From NCBI GenBank assembly GCA_963845515.1, contig CAWJSR010000057.1, forward strand, positions 128,001 through 192,000: a DNA stretch of 64,000 nucleotides, written 5' to 3'. The stretch's first letter is position 1, and the number at the start of each line of letters is the position of its first letter. Under the pieces are notes generated by a model, which made no database searches, was not told the DNA's origin, and saw nothing but the letters and a program-made list of their open reading frames with translations. Positions 40,735 through 55,398 of the stretch are shown here, piece after piece. This stretch comes from an uncultured delta proteobacterium. Lineage in GTDB: Bacteria > Myxococcota > Myxococcia > Myxococcales > Anaeromyxobacteraceae. A program made the position numbers and the translations under genes.

Positions 40735-41418
40735 CTACGGCGGAGGAGGCGTCGCGGCGGACGTCGTCGCCCGCTTCGACGTGGCCGGCTTGGCGCCGGC
40801 CTTCGCGAGCGGCTTCGCCGCCCTGGTGTCGCTCGCCTTCGCCCCGGCGGGATCGGCGACCACCGGCGCGACCTTGAGCCCGAGCTCCTGCTGGATCGAC
40901 GCGAGCAGGAGGGCGCCGACGTCCTTCGAGTAGCCCCGCTCGATCCGCGCGATGGTGCCGTCGCGCCGGACGAGGAAGACCGACGGCAGCGGCGCGCTCT
41001 CGCCCAGGTAGCGCCGGGCGAGGAAGTTGAACCGGTCCGAGACCACCGGGTAGCCGACCTTGTTCTCGGCGATCATCTTCTTGGCGGTCGAGATCCCAGG
41101 CTCCTCGCCGTCGATGCAGACGCCGATGATCCGGAGCCCCTGCGCCCTGTACATGGAGTCGAGCTGCACCAGGAACGGCATCTCCTTCTTGCAGGGGCCG
41201 CACCACGAGGCGAAGAACGAGAGGACGACCAGCTTCGACCCTTCGTCCTCGGGCTCCTCGCCCGCGAACTTGTCCAGGGCGAGCCACCCGGTCCCGGCCG
41301 CCTCGGGGTTCAGCGTGCGGAGCGAGAAGGCCGGCGCGGGGAGCCCCAGCGCGATCTCCTCGTCGGCCACGGCGGGGAGAGCCAGGGCTGCACAGAGAGC
41401 GATCACCACGTAGCGCAT
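40735..41418 (-). CDS. TlpA/ResA-family thiol-disulfide oxidoreductase
   Basis: Signal peptide, APAFSL, FFASWCGPCKKEMP, LPSVFLV. Confidence 0.9.
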   Translation of the reverse strand: MRYVVIALCAALALPAVADEEIALGLPAPAFSLRTLNPEAAGTGWLALDKFAGEEPEDEGSKLVVLSFFASWCGPCKKEMPFLVQLDSMYRAQGLRIIGVCIDGEEPGISTAKKMIAENKVGYPVVSDRFNFLARRYLGESAPLPSVFLVRRDGTIARIERGYSKDVGALLLASIQQELGLKVAPVVADPAGAKASDTRAAKPLAKAGAKPATSKRATTSAATPPPP

Positions 41419-41520
41419 TCTTCGATCCTCACACAGGGGAGCCCTAGGCGGGATCCCACGGTCCAACGTCACTGAGAGGCTGAGGGGCGAGGCGAGGAGG
41501 ATTCCTCGCGCGCCACCGTC

Positions 41521-42771
41521 TCACCCGACCGGCTTGACCCGCTCGACCAGCTCCGAGAGCGCGACGGGAGTCTCCTCCCGCGTATTCATGTCCTTCAGCT
41601 TCGCCTGGCCAGAGGCAACCTCGGCCCCGCCGAGCACGAGGGCCCACCGGGCCCGGACGCGCTCGGCCTGCTTGAACTGCCTCGGCAGCTTGCCGCCCCG
41701 GGCGTCGAGGTCGCACGCGACCCCGGCCTTCCTGAGCCGGGACGCGAGCGTCAGCGACGCCCTCGCCCCCTCGGCGTCGGCCGAGACGAAGAAGACGACC
41801 GGGCGGCGCTCCGGCGCGGCCCTGCCGCCCTTCTCCATGATGAGCGAGAGCCGCTCCTCTCCCAGGGCGAACCCGATCCCCGGCGTGGCGGGGCCCCCCA
41901 GGGTCTCCACGAGCCGGTCGTACCGGCCACCGCCGGCGACGGCCGACTGGGAGCCGAGCGCGTCGCTCGTGAACTCGAAGGCGGTACGGACGTAGTAGTC
42001 GAGGCCGCGGACGAGCCGGCCGTCGATCGCGTACGAGACTCCGAGCGCGTCGAGCCCGGCCTTCACCGCGCCGAAGTGCGCGGCGCAGCCGTCGCAGAGC
42101 CGATCCAGCAGGCGCGGTGCCTGCTCGAGGACCGGCTGGCAGGTCGGGACCTTGCAATCGAGCACGCGCAGCGGGTTCCGCTCGATCCGCTCGTTGCAGT
42201 CCGAGCAGAGCTCCTTCTTCCGTCCTTCGAGCCAGCCCTTCAGCTCCGCGAGGTAGGCGGGCCGGCAGCCGGCGTCTCCGACGGTGTTGAGCTTGAGCTG
42301 CGCCTTCACGCCCAGCCGCGCGAAGTAGTCGTCGAGGAGCGCGATCTGCTCCGCGTCGATCGCCGGCTCGGCGATGCCGAAGGCCTCGCACCCGATCTGG
42401 TGGAACTGGCGGTAGCGCCCCTTCTGCGGCCGCTCGCGCCGGAACATGGGGCCCATGTAGAACCACTTCTGCGGCCCCTCGACGTGCGCGCCGTGCTCGA
42501 TGAAGGCGCGGACGGTCCCGGCCGTCCCCTCGGGGCGGAGGCAGAGCATCTCCTCCCCCTTGTCCTCGAAGACGTACATCTCCTTGTTGACGATGTCCGT
42601 CGCCTCGCCGACGCCGCGGGCGAAGAGGGAATGGTGCTCGACCACCGGCGTGCGCACCTCGCGGTAGCCGTAGAGCGCGAACACCTCGCGCGCGGTGCTC
42701 TCCATCTCCTGCCAGCGGCCGACGTCGCCCGGCAGGACGTCGTTCATCCCCTTGACGCCATTGATCTTCAC
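41521..42771 (-). CDS. hisS: Histidine--tRNA ligase
   Basis: LRPEGTA, FRRERPQKGRYRQFHQ, LVRGLDYY, GGGRYD. Confidence 0.98.
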   Translation of the reverse strand: MKINGVKGMNDVLPGDVGRWQEMESTAREVFALYGYREVRTPVVEHHSLFARGVGEATDIVNKEMYVFEDKGEEMLCLRPEGTAGTVRAFIEHGAHVEGPQKWFYMGPMFRRERPQKGRYRQFHQIGCEAFGIAEPAIDAEQIALLDDYFARLGVKAQLKLNTVGDAGCRPAYLAELKGWLEGRKKELCSDCNERIERNPLRVLDCKVPTCQPVLEQAPRLLDRLCDGCAAHFGAVKAGLDALGVSYAIDGRLVRGLDYYVRTAFEFTSDALGSQSAVAGGGRYDRLVETLGGPATPGIGFALGEERLSLIMEKGGRAAPERRPVVFFVSADAEGARASLTLASRLRKAGVACDLDARGGKLPRQFKQAERVRARWALVLGGAEVASGQAKLKDMNTREETPVALSELVERVKPVG

Positions 42772-42805
42772 GGGGGCCGGTTCTAGTCGAAGGGACCCGG
42801 GGGGG

Positions 42806-43648
42806 TCAAACCTTCCCGCCGATCGGCTCCCCCACGCGCACCCGCTGCCCCGGCGCGAGCCGCAGCGCCGCGCGCCCCGGCTCGAAGAGGAGGATCACGG
42901 TGGAGCCCATCTCGAAGGCGCCTAGCTCCGCCCCCTTCTCGACGGGGATCGGATCGGCGTAAGCGCCGTATTGCATCACCGCGCCCGGGAGGTTGGTGGG
43001 CGGCACCGAAGGATCGAAGCTCGCCCTCACCCGGCCGACGATGGTCGCCCCCACCGCGACGAGCGCGCAGGCCCCGAGCGGCGTGTCCAGGTGGACCACC
43101 AGCCGCTCGTTGACGGCGAAGAGCGCCGGGACGGTCCTCACCGAGGCGGCGTTCACTGGCCAGAGCCGGCCCGGGACGTAGCGCCAGCCGGTGACGCGCC
43201 CGGAGAGCGGGGCGTGGATCCGGTGATAGTCCCGCGGCGAGAGGTAGAGGGTCGCCCAGGCGCCACCCTCGAAGCGCCCCGCCACCTCGTAGTCCCCGAG
43301 CAGCGCGCCGACCGTGTAGTCGATCCCCTTCGCCTGCACGAGCCGGCCCGACGCCGCGATGCCGGTCTCGGAGACCACGGCGTCCACCGGCGAGACCGCC
43401 ACCTCCTCGCCGGGAGCGATCGGGCGGCGGCCAGGCTTGAGCGGCCGCGCGAAGAACTCGCCGAAGGTGCGGAAGGAGGCCGGCGGATCGCACTCGGTGA
43501 GGTCGATCCCGTAGCGCCCCGCGAAGCCCGCGATGGCCCAGTCGAGGAGCCCGCGCGGGGCCGCCCAGCGGGTCAGCGAGCCCGCGAGGCGGGAGAGCAG
43601 GTTCTTCGGTACGGCGCCCAGCAGCGCGATGAAGGTCCGATCGTTCAT
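42806..43648 (-). CDS. psd: Phosphatidylserine decarboxylase proenzyme
   Basis: [31 protein letters not shown] cleavage motif. Confidence 0.94.
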   Translation of the reverse strand: MNDRTFIALLGAVPKNLLSRLAGSLTRWAAPRGLLDWAIAGFAGRYGIDLTECDPPASFRTFGEFFARPLKPGRRPIAPGEEVAVSPVDAVVSETGIAASGRLVQAKGIDYTVGALLGDYEVAGRFEGGAWATLYLSPRDYHRIHAPLSGRVTGWRYVPGRLWPVNAASVRTVPALFAVNERLVVHLDTPLGACALVAVGATIVGRVRASFDPSVPPTNLPGAVMQYGAYADPIPVEKGAELGAFEMGSTVILLFEPGRAALRLAPGQRVRVGEPIGGKV

Positions 43649-43678
43649 GAAGCGCGGGAGTCTACTCAGCCCTCCCCG

Positions 43679-45349
43679 CTACTCCAACCCCTGGATCGGG
43701 AAGCCGCGCGGGTAGCGGACCTCGTAGCGCAGCTCGATCGCCCGCTCCTCGCGGGCGGCCAGCTTCAGCTCCCAGATCTTCACGCCGGGGCGCTCGGGGT
43801 CCTCGCGGGTGGCCGCGGTCGTGCCTTCCAGCAGCTTCACCTGGATCTTCTCGTCGCGCGAGACGGGGACGAGATCGAGGAGCCGGACGTCGATCGGCGT
43901 CGCGTACCGGTTCTTGAGCGAGACGCGGACGCGGTATCGGAAGATCTCGTCCTTCGAGACGATGCCCGCCGTCTCGTGCTTCCGCTCCAGCACGCGCCGC
44001 TCGACCTCGACGCGCCCGTCGGCGCCGAAGGCCAGCTCCAGCTCGCCACCGGGCGGCGTCTCCGGCAGCGGCGCGCGGCCGACGAACTCGTCGCCCACGT
44101 AGACGCCCGCCTCCCCGCCCAGCAGCGGGAGCCCCGTCTCGTTGACCGCCTTCGCGGTGAGGAACACCGACGGATCGATCCTGGGCGCCGTGACGCGCGC
44201 GATCTTCGCCTTCAGCGGGAAGCGGCTGAGCGCGACGCTCCGGGCCTTCCCCGACCCGTCCACCGTCTCGCGCCGCGGCGTGGTGAAGGTGGCGGCGAGG
44301 AGCCCCTGCTCCGCCGTGGCCGACGGCGCCTCGAGGTCGTACGACTCCTCCTCTCTGGCGACCGCCATCGGGCGGGCCTCCTCGGCGCGGGCCATCATCG
44401 ACGGCGCCGACGCCGGCATGCCCCGCGCCGCCTTGGCGCGGTAGACCTGCGGCGGCGGCGCGCCAGTGAGCCAGCGCGAGTCGAGCGTCGGCACGTAGAG
44501 CCCGCGCCCGGGCTCGGCGGTGGAGACCGCGAGCTTCACGTCCTTCCAGTCCTCGCCCGACTGCTGCGTGATCTCGGCGCGCAGCGCCAGCTCCATCGCC
44601 CCCGCGTCGGCGTCGAGCCGCGCGTCCCAGACCGGCCGCCAGCTCGCCGCGCCCACGACGTAGGACACGGCCACCTCGAAGCTGCCGGACCGCTCGGTCG
44701 TCAGCTCCACCGCGATGGTCTTGGTCGTCTCGCTCCGCTTGGCCCGCAGCTTCTCCAGGTCGGCCCGCGCGGCGGCGATCCGGCGCGCCAGCTCACGGCG
44801 CGAGGTGTCCACCTTGCGGAGCTCGGCCGCGGCGGTCGCGAGCTGGGAGTCGACGAAGCCGGCCAGATCGGCCCACTCCTTCGCCGTCACCCCGCGGACC
44901 GCGAGGTTCTTCGCCCGCTCCTCGGAGTAGGTCGAGCGCAGCGACTCGACGAACTTCCGCCGCGCCTCGGCCACCTTCGCCTGGTCCTCGAGCGCGCGGT
45001 CGTCGAGCTGCAGCTTCTCCACCCGCTCCTCGGCCTCCCGGGCGGCGGCGTCCACGACCTCCGCGCGCGTGATCGCCTCGACGCTGACCCCCCAGATCTT
45101 CCCCTTGCCGGAGCCCTGCCCCTCCACCCTGACCGAGTCGTCGGTCAGGCCGACGGGGAGCCCCTCGATCAGGAGCCTGACGTCCCCGGCGGGGAGCTCG
45201 GCGCGCGCGACGCGCCCGATGCGAGCGCTCGACCGGTAGACGGTGACGCCGTCGATGCGGGAGGTGGCCTTCACGTCCGTGGCGGAGAGCGCCGCGGACG
45301 GGAGGAGGGAGGTGGCGAGGGCGAGGGTCGCGAGGACGGGCAGGCGCAT
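43679..45349 (-). CDS. MuiA-like DUF4140/DUF4139 protein
   Basis: Signal peptide; IDGVTVY, coiled coil, ASWRP.WD, QQSGEDW, LLGGEA.VY. Confidence 0.85.
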   Translation of the reverse strand: MRLPVLATLALATSLLPSAALSATDVKATSRIDGVTVYRSSARIGRVARAELPAGDVRLLIEGLPVGLTDDSVRVEGQGSGKGKIWGVSVEAITRAEVVDAAAREAEERVEKLQLDDRALEDQAKVAEARRKFVESLRSTYSEERAKNLAVRGVTAKEWADLAGFVDSQLATAAAELRKVDTSRRELARRIAAARADLEKLRAKRSETTKTIAVELTTERSGSFEVAVSYVVGAASWRPVWDARLDADAGAMELALRAEITQQSGEDWKDVKLAVSTAEPGRGLYVPTLDSRWLTGAPPPQVYRAKAARGMPASAPSMMARAEEARPMAVAREEESYDLEAPSATAEQGLLAATFTTPRRETVDGSGKARSVALSRFPLKAKIARVTAPRIDPSVFLTAKAVNETGLPLLGGEAGVYVGDEFVGRAPLPETPPGGELELAFGADGRVEVERRVLERKHETAGIVSKDEIFRYRVRVSLKNRYATPIDVRLLDLVPVSRDEKIQVKLLEGTTAATREDPERPGVKIWELKLAAREERAIELRYEVRYPRGFPIQGLE

Positions 45350-45458
45350 GTTGGATCTCCTTCGAGCCGTGAGTAACGCACGGCCCGGGACGTTCGATCT
45401 GAACAAATCAGGGTGACGTGGATCACGCGCGCCGACCCGGAGCCGGCCGCGCACCCTC

Positions 45459-46634
45459 TCAGAGGGTGGGAGTCCCACCCATCTTCGTCGCGACGATCGG
45501 GTCCTGCTCTGCAGTGTGTCCCGGCAGGTCCGGCCACCAGCGCACGAGCGCCGGGGGCGCCGCCGGCTCGATGCTCTCCCCCGGCCTGGGCACCGCGACG
45601 GCCACCGCGCCCTTGCGGGCGGCGACCAGCGTCCGCTCGATCGGCTCGGTCCAGCCGTGGAAGGCGAGGTTGAAGAGCCCCCAGTGCGCGGGCAGCATAA
45701 CGCGCCCGCGGACCAGCCGGTGGGCGACGACCGCCTGCTCCGGCCCGAGGTGCCAGTCGGGCCACCAGCGACCGTAGGCGCCCGCCTCGATCATCGTGAC
45801 GTCGAAGGGGCCGAGCCGCGTCCCGATCTCGCCGAGGCCGGGGAAGAGCCCCGTGTCCCCCGAGTAGTATGCCCGGTGCGCCGTCCCCACGAGCGCGAAG
45901 CCGGACCAGAGCGTCGAGTTGCGAGCGAAGGCCCGGCCGGAGGCGTGGCGGGCGGGCGTGGCGACGACGTCCAGCCCGCCGACGCGGGCCCTCTCCCACC
46001 AGTCGAGCTCGACGATGCGCGCCTCGGGGATGCCCCAGTACACCAGGTGCGAGCCGACGCCGAGCGGCACGATGAAGGTGGTCTGCAGGTCCTTCATGGC
46101 GACGATGGTCGCGCGATCGAGGTGATCGTAGTGGTCGTGCGAGATGACGATCGCGTCCAGCGCGGGCAGGTCGGCGAGCGCGAGCGGGGGGGCGTACCAG
46201 CGCCTCGGCCCCATCCAGGCGAACGGCGAGGATCGCTCTCCCCACACCGGGTCGGTGAGGATGGTGTGGCCGTCGATCTCGACGAGGTACGAGGAGTGGC
46301 CCAGCCACGTGACCCGCAGCCCCGACGCCGGCGGCGTACGGAAGAGGGCTGGATCGACGCGCGCCGCAGGGACCGGCTGCGCCGGGTTCCGGTGCGGGCT
46401 GGCCCGGAGGAACCCGGTCGCCGCGCCCAGCATGTCGTTCTCGAGCGGCTGCGGGTTCTCGAAGCGTCCGTCCCTCCACTGAGGCGAGCGCTCGAACCGC
46501 GCGCGCCGTGCGGCGTCGGGGCTGCGTCCGAAGGAGGCGCAGCCGTTCGCGAAGGTGCCTGCCATGACGATGACTCCCAGCGCGGCCGCCCAGCGGGCGA
46601 GCCTGCGCAGATTGCGTTTACCGTCGCCGCTCAC
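45459..46634 (-). CDS. MBL-fold metallo-hydrolase (NAPE-PLD-like)
   Basis: WLGHS, TDPVW, ISHDHYDHLD, PARH.SGR, GDTG, HWG.F. Confidence 0.92.
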   Translation of the reverse strand: MSGDGKRNLRRLARWAAALGVIVMAGTFANGCASFGRSPDAARRARFERSPQWRDGRFENPQPLENDMLGAATGFLRASPHRNPAQPVPAARVDPALFRTPPASGLRVTWLGHSSYLVEIDGHTILTDPVWGERSSPFAWMGPRRWYAPPLALADLPALDAIVISHDHYDHLDRATIVAMKDLQTTFIVPLGVGSHLVYWGIPEARIVELDWWERARVGGLDVVATPARHASGRAFARNSTLWSGFALVGTAHRAYYSGDTGLFPGLGEIGTRLGPFDVTMIEAGAYGRWWPDWHLGPEQAVVAHRLVRGRVMLPAHWGLFNLAFHGWTEPIERTLVAARKGAVAVAVPRPGESIEPAAPPALVRWWPDLPGHTAEQDPIVATKMGGTPTL

Positions 46635-47236
46635 GGCTTCACCAGAAGCGGGGCGAAGACCGCCCGGACCGCGACGGTCATCCCCTTGCCGAACGCGTCA
46701 CGGGAGGCGACGCGATATTTCAGCCCTCGCGCGGTCGCGTTGAGCGTCTCGGAGAGCTGCCGGGCCGTAAGCCCCGCCGCCTTGTGGGCTGGCGTCAGGC
46801 CCGAGGCCCGGATCACCTTCGAGACAGCCTCGAGGAAGCGCTCCTCATGCTCTGCCAGCATCGCGCCAAGCAGCGCGCCGCTCGCCTCCATCAGATCCGA
46901 CGCCCCCGCCCCCATCGTGCCGGCATACCGGCCGACCCACTCATCGAAGGCGCCGACGAGCCGCGCCTCGAGCGAGGCCGAGCCGTCACCGAGGCGCCCC
47001 ATCGCCGCGCCGAGCGCGGTGGAGAGTGCATGCTCCACCGCGGAGCGGAAGAGCTCCTCCTTGGCGGTGAAGTGAAGGTAGAGCCCCTGCCGTGACACGC
47101 CAGCCGCCCGCGCCACCTCGTCCATGGAGGTCTTTCGGAAGCCGAACCTCGTGAAGACGGCGACGGCCGCGTCCAGCAGCTTGCATCGGCGCGGGTCCGG
47201 GGCGGTCTCTCCGTCGTAGACGGGATCGTCCATCAT
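46631..47236 (-). CDS. TetR-family regulator
   Basis: LLDAA..F..GF..TSMDEVARAAGVSRQGLYLHF..KEELF. Confidence 0.95.
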   Translation of the reverse strand: MMDDPVYDGETAPDPRRCKLLDAAVAVFTRFGFRKTSMDEVARAAGVSRQGLYLHFTAKEELFRSAVEHALSTALGAAMGRLGDGSASLEARLVGAFDEWVGRYAGTMGAGASDLMEASGALLGAMLAEHEERFLEAVSKVIRASGLTPAHKAAGLTARQLSETLNATARGLKYRVASRDAFGKGMTVAVRAVFAPLLVKP

Positions 47237-47245
47237 TAGACATGT

Positions 47246-47271
47246 TTGACAGTATGGGCTGTTGCTGTCAA
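47246..47271. promoter_or_regulatory. Putative TetR operator / divergent promoter
   Basis: TTGACAG-N12-CTGTCAA inverted repeat between the divergent tetR and SDR starts. Confidence 0.6.
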
Positions 47272-47299
47272 GTTGGGATACATCTACACGGAGAGACCC

Positions 47300-47864
47300 A
47301 TGACCCCCTGGACCTTCGACGACATCCCCGACCAGAGCGGCCGTACGGCAATCGTCACCGGCGCGAACACCGGCATCGGCCTCGAGACGGCCGAGGTCGA
47401 GCGACGCGAGCGTCGCGCGCCCGGAGGGCTGGGAGCGCCGCCCGTACCGCGCGTGGGGCGCCTACGGCCAGAGCAAGCTCGCCAACCAGCTGTTCGCGCT
47501 GGAGCTCCACCGCAGGCTCTCGGCGGCGCGATCGGACGTTCGCGTTACCGCCGCCCACCCGGGCTGGACCGCTACCGACCTGCAGCGCACGGCCTTCATG
47601 ATGCGGCTCTTCAGCCCCCTCTTCGGGATGAGACCAGAAGGCGGCGCGCTCCCGACGCTCCGTGCCGCGACGGATCCCTCCGCCATCAGCGGCAGCTACT
47701 GGGGCCCGTCCCGCTTCTTCGAGCTGAGCGGGCCCCCTGCTCCCGCGCGTATCTCCGCGCGCGCAAAGGACGAGGCCGTCGCGGCCCGGCTCTGGGAGGT
47801 GAGCGAACGTCTCACCGGCGTCACCTTCGGCCTCGCGGCGCCCTCCGCGCGTGAGGCGGGCTGA
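47300..47864 (+). pseudogene. SDR oxidoreductase with large internal deletion and frameshift
   Basis: N-terminus MTPWTFDDIPDQSGRTAIVTGANTGIGLETA ends ~47391; resumes ~47430 in another frame with WERRPYRAWGAYGQSKLAN..HPGW..LWEVSERLTG; the NNAG/Ser core is missing. Confidence 0.85.
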
Positions 47865-48353
47865 CGGAGGCGGCGAGCGGCTTCCCGAGCCGCTCCGCCA
47901 GCGCCGCGTGGCGCTCGCCCACCCCGTCCAGTTCGATCCTTCGCACGTCGTCGTGGCCGGGGTCGTGCCGGAGCGTGACCGTCAACCGCTCCTCGGGGAG
48001 GGCCCCTGGGACGCGGTCGGCCCACTCCACGAGGATCGCCCCGGCGCCGCCGACCAGGTCGAAGAAGCCGGTGGCGTAGAGCTCGTCCAGGTCACCGATG
48101 CGGTAGAGGTCGGCGTGGTGGATCGGGATCCGGCCGCCGTAGGTCGCCACTATCGCGAAGCTCGGCGAGCTGACCTCCCTCGCCGGCACCCGGGCACCCC
48201 GGCAGGCGCCCCGAACGAGCTGTGTCTTCCCCGCCCCCAGCTCGCCCACGAGGGCGACACAGTCACCCGCGGCGAGGGCGCGCCCGAGCCGTGCTCCCAG
48301 CGCCGCGGTCTCGCCAGCCGAGCGGGTGACGACCTGGCGGCGCGAGCGCTCGG

Positions 48354-48357
<4 letters not shown>
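47821..48357 (-). CDS. tsaE: t6A biosynthesis ATPase TsaE
   Basis: GELGAGKT, SPSFAIV, HADLYR, VEW. Confidence 0.93.
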
Positions 48358-49882
<1,525 letters not shown>

Positions 49883-49886
<4 letters not shown>

Positions 49887-50275
49887 GGCGTCCCCGCCTC
49901 CCCCTCCAGGATCACTGCCGCCGCGGCGACCCCCGCGTCGTGGGTCAGCGTCACCAGGACGCGCGCCACCCCGAGCCGCTCTGCGGCCTCGCGCGCCGCG
50001 CCGTGGAGGCGGAGCGCGGGTGCACCCTCGCCGCGCTCGACCTCGACGTCGGTCCAGGAGAGACCGGGCGGAGCGCCGAGGGCCTTCACCGCCGCCTCCT
50101 TGGCGGCGAAGCGCGCGGCGTACCGCCCGGCGCGATCCTGCCTCGCGTCGCAGTAGCCCCGCTCGGCGGCCGTGAAGCAGCGCGCGAGGAACCGCTCGGC
50201 GCGGCCGGGATCACCCGCGAGGATCCGCGCGATCCGGGCGATCTCGACGACGTCCATGCCCAGCCCCAGGATCAT
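49883..50275 (-). CDS. acpS: Holo-ACP synthase
   Basis: GLGMDVVEI.RI, RFAAKEA.VKALG, TLTHD. Confidence 0.95.
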
Positions 50276-50291
50276 GGCAGCGCACCGGCGG

Positions 50292-51023
50292 TCAGCGGCG
50301 CTCCGCGTCCCGCAGGATCTCCTTCATCTCCCGGACCGCCCGCTCCATCCCGACGAGCAGCGCGCGCGCGACGATGGCGTGGCCGATGTTCAGCTCCTCG
50401 ATCTCTGGGAGGGCAGCGACGTGGTGGACGTTGCGGTAGTTGAGGCCGTGCCCCGCCGCGACGCGGAGCCCCAGCTTCGCCGCCGCCTTGGAGGCGTCGA
50501 CGAGCCGGCCGAACTCCTTGCGCCGATCGACGGCCAGCCGCGCGTCGCAGTAGCGCCCGGTGTGGAGCTCGACGACCTGGGCCTCGACGCGGTGGGCCGC
50601 CTTCACCTGGTCGAGGTCGGGATCGATGAAGAGCGAGACCTCGATCTCGGCGTCGCGCAGGTTCTTCACCACCTTGCGCAGCGCCTCGCGCCCCACGACG
50701 ACGTCGAGCCCGCCCTCGGTGGTGAGCTCCTCGCGCCGCTCAGGGACCAGCGTCACGGTGTCGGGCTTCACCCCCCAGGCCACCTTCACCATCTCGGGCG
50801 TGGCGGCCATCTCGAGGTTCAGGCTGGTCGTGACGGTCTTGCGCATCACCTCGAGGTCGCGGTCCTGGATGTGGCGGCGATCCTCGCGGAGGTGGATGGT
50901 GATCTGGTCGGCGCCAGCCAGCTCGGCCAGCATCGCGGCGGCCACCGGATCCGGGTACTCGGTCCGGCGCGCCTGGCGAAGCGTGGCGACGTGGTCGACG
51001 TTGACTCCGAGTCGTGCGGGCAT
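50292..51023 (-). CDS. pdxJ: Pyridoxine 5'-phosphate synthase
   Basis: [35 protein letters not shown]. Confidence 0.97.
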   Translation of the reverse strand: MPARLGVNVDHVATLRQARRTEYPDPVAAAMLAELAGADQITIHLREDRRHIQDRDLEVMRKTVTTSLNLEMAATPEMVKVAWGVKPDTVTLVPERREELTTEGGLDVVVGREALRKVVKNLRDAEIEVSLFIDPDLDQVKAAHRVEAQVVELHTGRYCDARLAVDRRKEFGRLVDASKAAAKLGLRVAAGHGLNYRNVHHVAALPEIEELNIGHAIVARALLVGMERAVREMKEILRDAERR

Positions 51024-51075
51024 GGCCGGAATCTATGCGACGGGCGGGGCAGGCGCCAGCCCGCGCCCCGTCATG

Positions 51076-52470
51076 TCATCCCAGGGCCCGGAGGAGCTCG
51101 CCCGCGATCCGCTCGGCGTGCGCACGAGTCTTCCCTGCGTCCGGGCCCTCGACCAGCACGCGGACCTTGTTCTCGGTCCCGGAGAAGCGGACGAGGACGC
51201 GCCCTTCCTTTCCCAGCGCGCGCTCCACCGCCGCGATCGCCTTCATCGCCCCGGGCAGCTCGGAGAGGACGCGCCGCTGCTTGACGGCGACGTTGACGAG
51301 CGACTGCGGGACCGGCTCGAAGCAGCGCGCCAGCTCGGACAGCGGACGCCCCTCGCGCGCCATCACCGCGAGGACGTTCAGCCCTGCGGCGACGCCGTCG
51401 CCGGTCGTCACGTGATCGAGGAAGACCAGGTGCCCCGACTGCTCCCCGCCGAAGTTGAAGCCGCTCCGCCGCATCTCCTCGACCACGTAGCGGTCGCCCA
51501 CCGCGGTCCGGACGACCTTCGCGCCGACCTTGGCCAGCGAGCGCTCCAGCCCGAGGTTGCTCATGACCGTGGCGACCACGGTCCCCTTGGCGAGCTCCTT
51601 GCGCCGGTGGAGGTCTCGGCCGACGAGGGCCATGATCGCGTCACCATCGACGACGCGCCCCTTCTCGTCGGCGAGGATCGCCCGGTCGGCGTCGCCGTCC
51701 AGCGCGATCCCGAGGTGGGCCTTGTGGCGCAGCACCGCCCTGGCCATCGCCTCCGGGTGCACCGCGCCGCAGCGATCGTTGATGTTCTTGCCGTCCGGCG
51801 TCACGTTCAGGGCGACCACCTTCGCCCCCAGCTCCTCGAAGACCGCCGGGGCGACGTGGTAGCCGGCGCCGTTGGCACAGTCGACCACCACGGTCAGCCC
51901 CTCCAGCGAGAGGTCCTTCTGGAGGATCGACTTCAGGAAGACGACGTAGCGACCGATGGCGTCGTCGACCCGCTTGGCCTTCCCGATGCGGGTCGCGGTG
52001 GGGCGGAGCCCCCGAAAGTCCTCGGACCCGCTGGCGTCGAGGACCAGCCGCTCGATCTCCAGCTCCAGATCGTCCGGGAGCTTGAAGCCGTCGCGGGAGA
52101 AGAACTTGATCCCGTTGTCCTGGTACGGGTTGTGGCTCGCGCTGATGACCACGCCGGCGTCGGCCCGCATCGACTGCGTGATGAAGGCGATGCCCGGGGT
52201 CGGGAGCGGACCGGTGAGCATCACGTCGACGCCCATCGAGCAGATGCCGGAGGCGATCGCCTGCTCGAGCATGTAGCCGGAGAGCCGCGTGTCCTTGCCG
52301 ATCACGATCCGGTGGCGATGCGGGCCGTTCCGGACGATCCAGGCGAGCGCGCGCCCGAGCTGCAGCGCCATCTCCGCCGTCATGGGGTGGACGTTGGCCA
52401 CGCCGCGCACCCCGTCGGTGCCGAAGAGGCGGCGGGGGGCTGGGGCGGACGGCTTGCGCTGTGCGGGCAT
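51076..52470 (-). CDS. glmM: Phosphoglucosamine mutase
   Basis: [40 protein letters not shown]. Confidence 0.97.
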   Translation of the reverse strand: MPAQRKPSAPAPRRLFGTDGVRGVANVHPMTAEMALQLGRALAWIVRNGPHRHRIVIGKDTRLSGYMLEQAIASGICSMGVDVMLTGPLPTPGIAFITQSMRADAGVVISASHNPYQDNGIKFFSRDGFKLPDDLELEIERLVLDASGSEDFRGLRPTATRIGKAKRVDDAIGRYVVFLKSILQKDLSLEGLTVVVDCANGAGYHVAPAVFEELGAKVVALNVTPDGKNINDRCGAVHPEAMARAVLRHKAHLGIALDGDADRAILADEKGRVVDGDAIMALVGRDLHRRKELAKGTVVATVMSNLGLERSLAKVGAKVVRTAVGDRYVVEEMRRSGFNFGGEQSGHLVFLDHVTTGDGVAAGLNVLAVMAREGRPLSELARCFEPVPQSLVNVAVKQRRVLSELPGAMKAIAAVERALGKEGRVLVRFSGTENKVRVLVEGPDAGKTRAHAERIAGELLRALG

Positions 52471-52515
52471 CGCTTCTCCGGGTCTGTCTTCGCTGCGGCT
52501 ATCGGGTCCCGGAGT

Positions 52516-53358
52516 CTACCGCGGCGCAGGGAGCGCGCCATCGCGGATCGCCGCCGCGACGTCGGCCGCCTGACGGACCTCGACCACGTCGTGCACGCGG
52601 ACGATCTCCACGCCGGCCAGGACGCACGCGGTCACGGCCGCGAGCGTCCCAGGCAGCCGCTCGTCGACGGGCGCGCCAGTCACGGCACCGATGAAGCTCT
52701 TGCGGGAGGGGCCGACCAGGATCGGCTTCCCGAGCGGCCGGAGCGCGTCGAGGCGCCGGAGGAGGAGCAGGTTCTGCTCGGCCGTCTTCGAGAAGCCGAG
52801 GCCGGGGTCGACCACGATCCCGTCGGGCGCCACGCCAGCGGCCTCGGCGCGCGCGATCGCGGCGCCAAGCTCGTCCACCACGTCCCCGACGACGTCGCGG
52901 TACGCCGCCCGCCTCTCCCCCGACGGCCCGCGCGAGTGCATCACGACGAACGGGCTGCCCGCCGCCGCCACCGCCCTCAGCAGCGCTGGATCCCCGCCGC
53001 CGCTCACGTCGTTCACCAGGTCGGCCCCGGCCGCCAGCGCAGCGCGGGCCACCTCGCCCTTCGAGGTGTCGACCGAGATCGGGAGCCGGAAGCCGCGCGC
53101 GCGGAGCCGCTCCACGACGGGGACGACCCGCCGGATCTCCTCCTCGACGTCGACGGTCGGCGCCCCCGGGCGCGTCGACTCGCCGCCGAGGTCGATGAGA
53201 TCGGCCCCCTCCTCCGCCATCCGCTCCGCGCCCGCGACGGCGTCGGCGAGGGCAAGGAAGCGCCCGCCGTCGGAGAAGGAGTCCGGGGTCGCGTTGATGA
53301 TCCCCATTATGAAGGGGCCCGGCCCCTCCAGGAGCCGGGCACCCATTCGAAGCCGCAT
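52516..53358 (-). CDS. folP: Dihydropteroate synthase
   Basis: MGIINATPDSFSDGG, GGESTRPG, DPGLGF.K, SRKS, RVHDV. Confidence 0.97.
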   Translation of the reverse strand: MRLRMGARLLEGPGPFIMGIINATPDSFSDGGRFLALADAVAGAERMAEEGADLIDLGGESTRPGAPTVDVEEEIRRVVPVVERLRARGFRLPISVDTSKGEVARAALAAGADLVNDVSGGGDPALLRAVAAAGSPFVVMHSRGPSGERRAAYRDVVGDVVDELGAAIARAEAAGVAPDGIVVDPGLGFSKTAEQNLLLLRRLDALRPLGKPILVGPSRKSFIGAVTGAPVDERLPGTLAAVTACVLAGVEIVRVHDVVEVRQAADVAAAIRDGALPAPR

Positions 53359-53377
53359 CTGTCGTCCTCGCGCCCCG

Positions 53378-55306
<1,929 letters not shown>

Positions 55307-55398
55307 GTTCGGCTTCCCTTACGGCGACTGCCGTGGCGTTGGGGGTTGCTCAGTCGTTTATAACAGCACTTCCAGCCCGTTGCAGTACGCCCCCGCCG

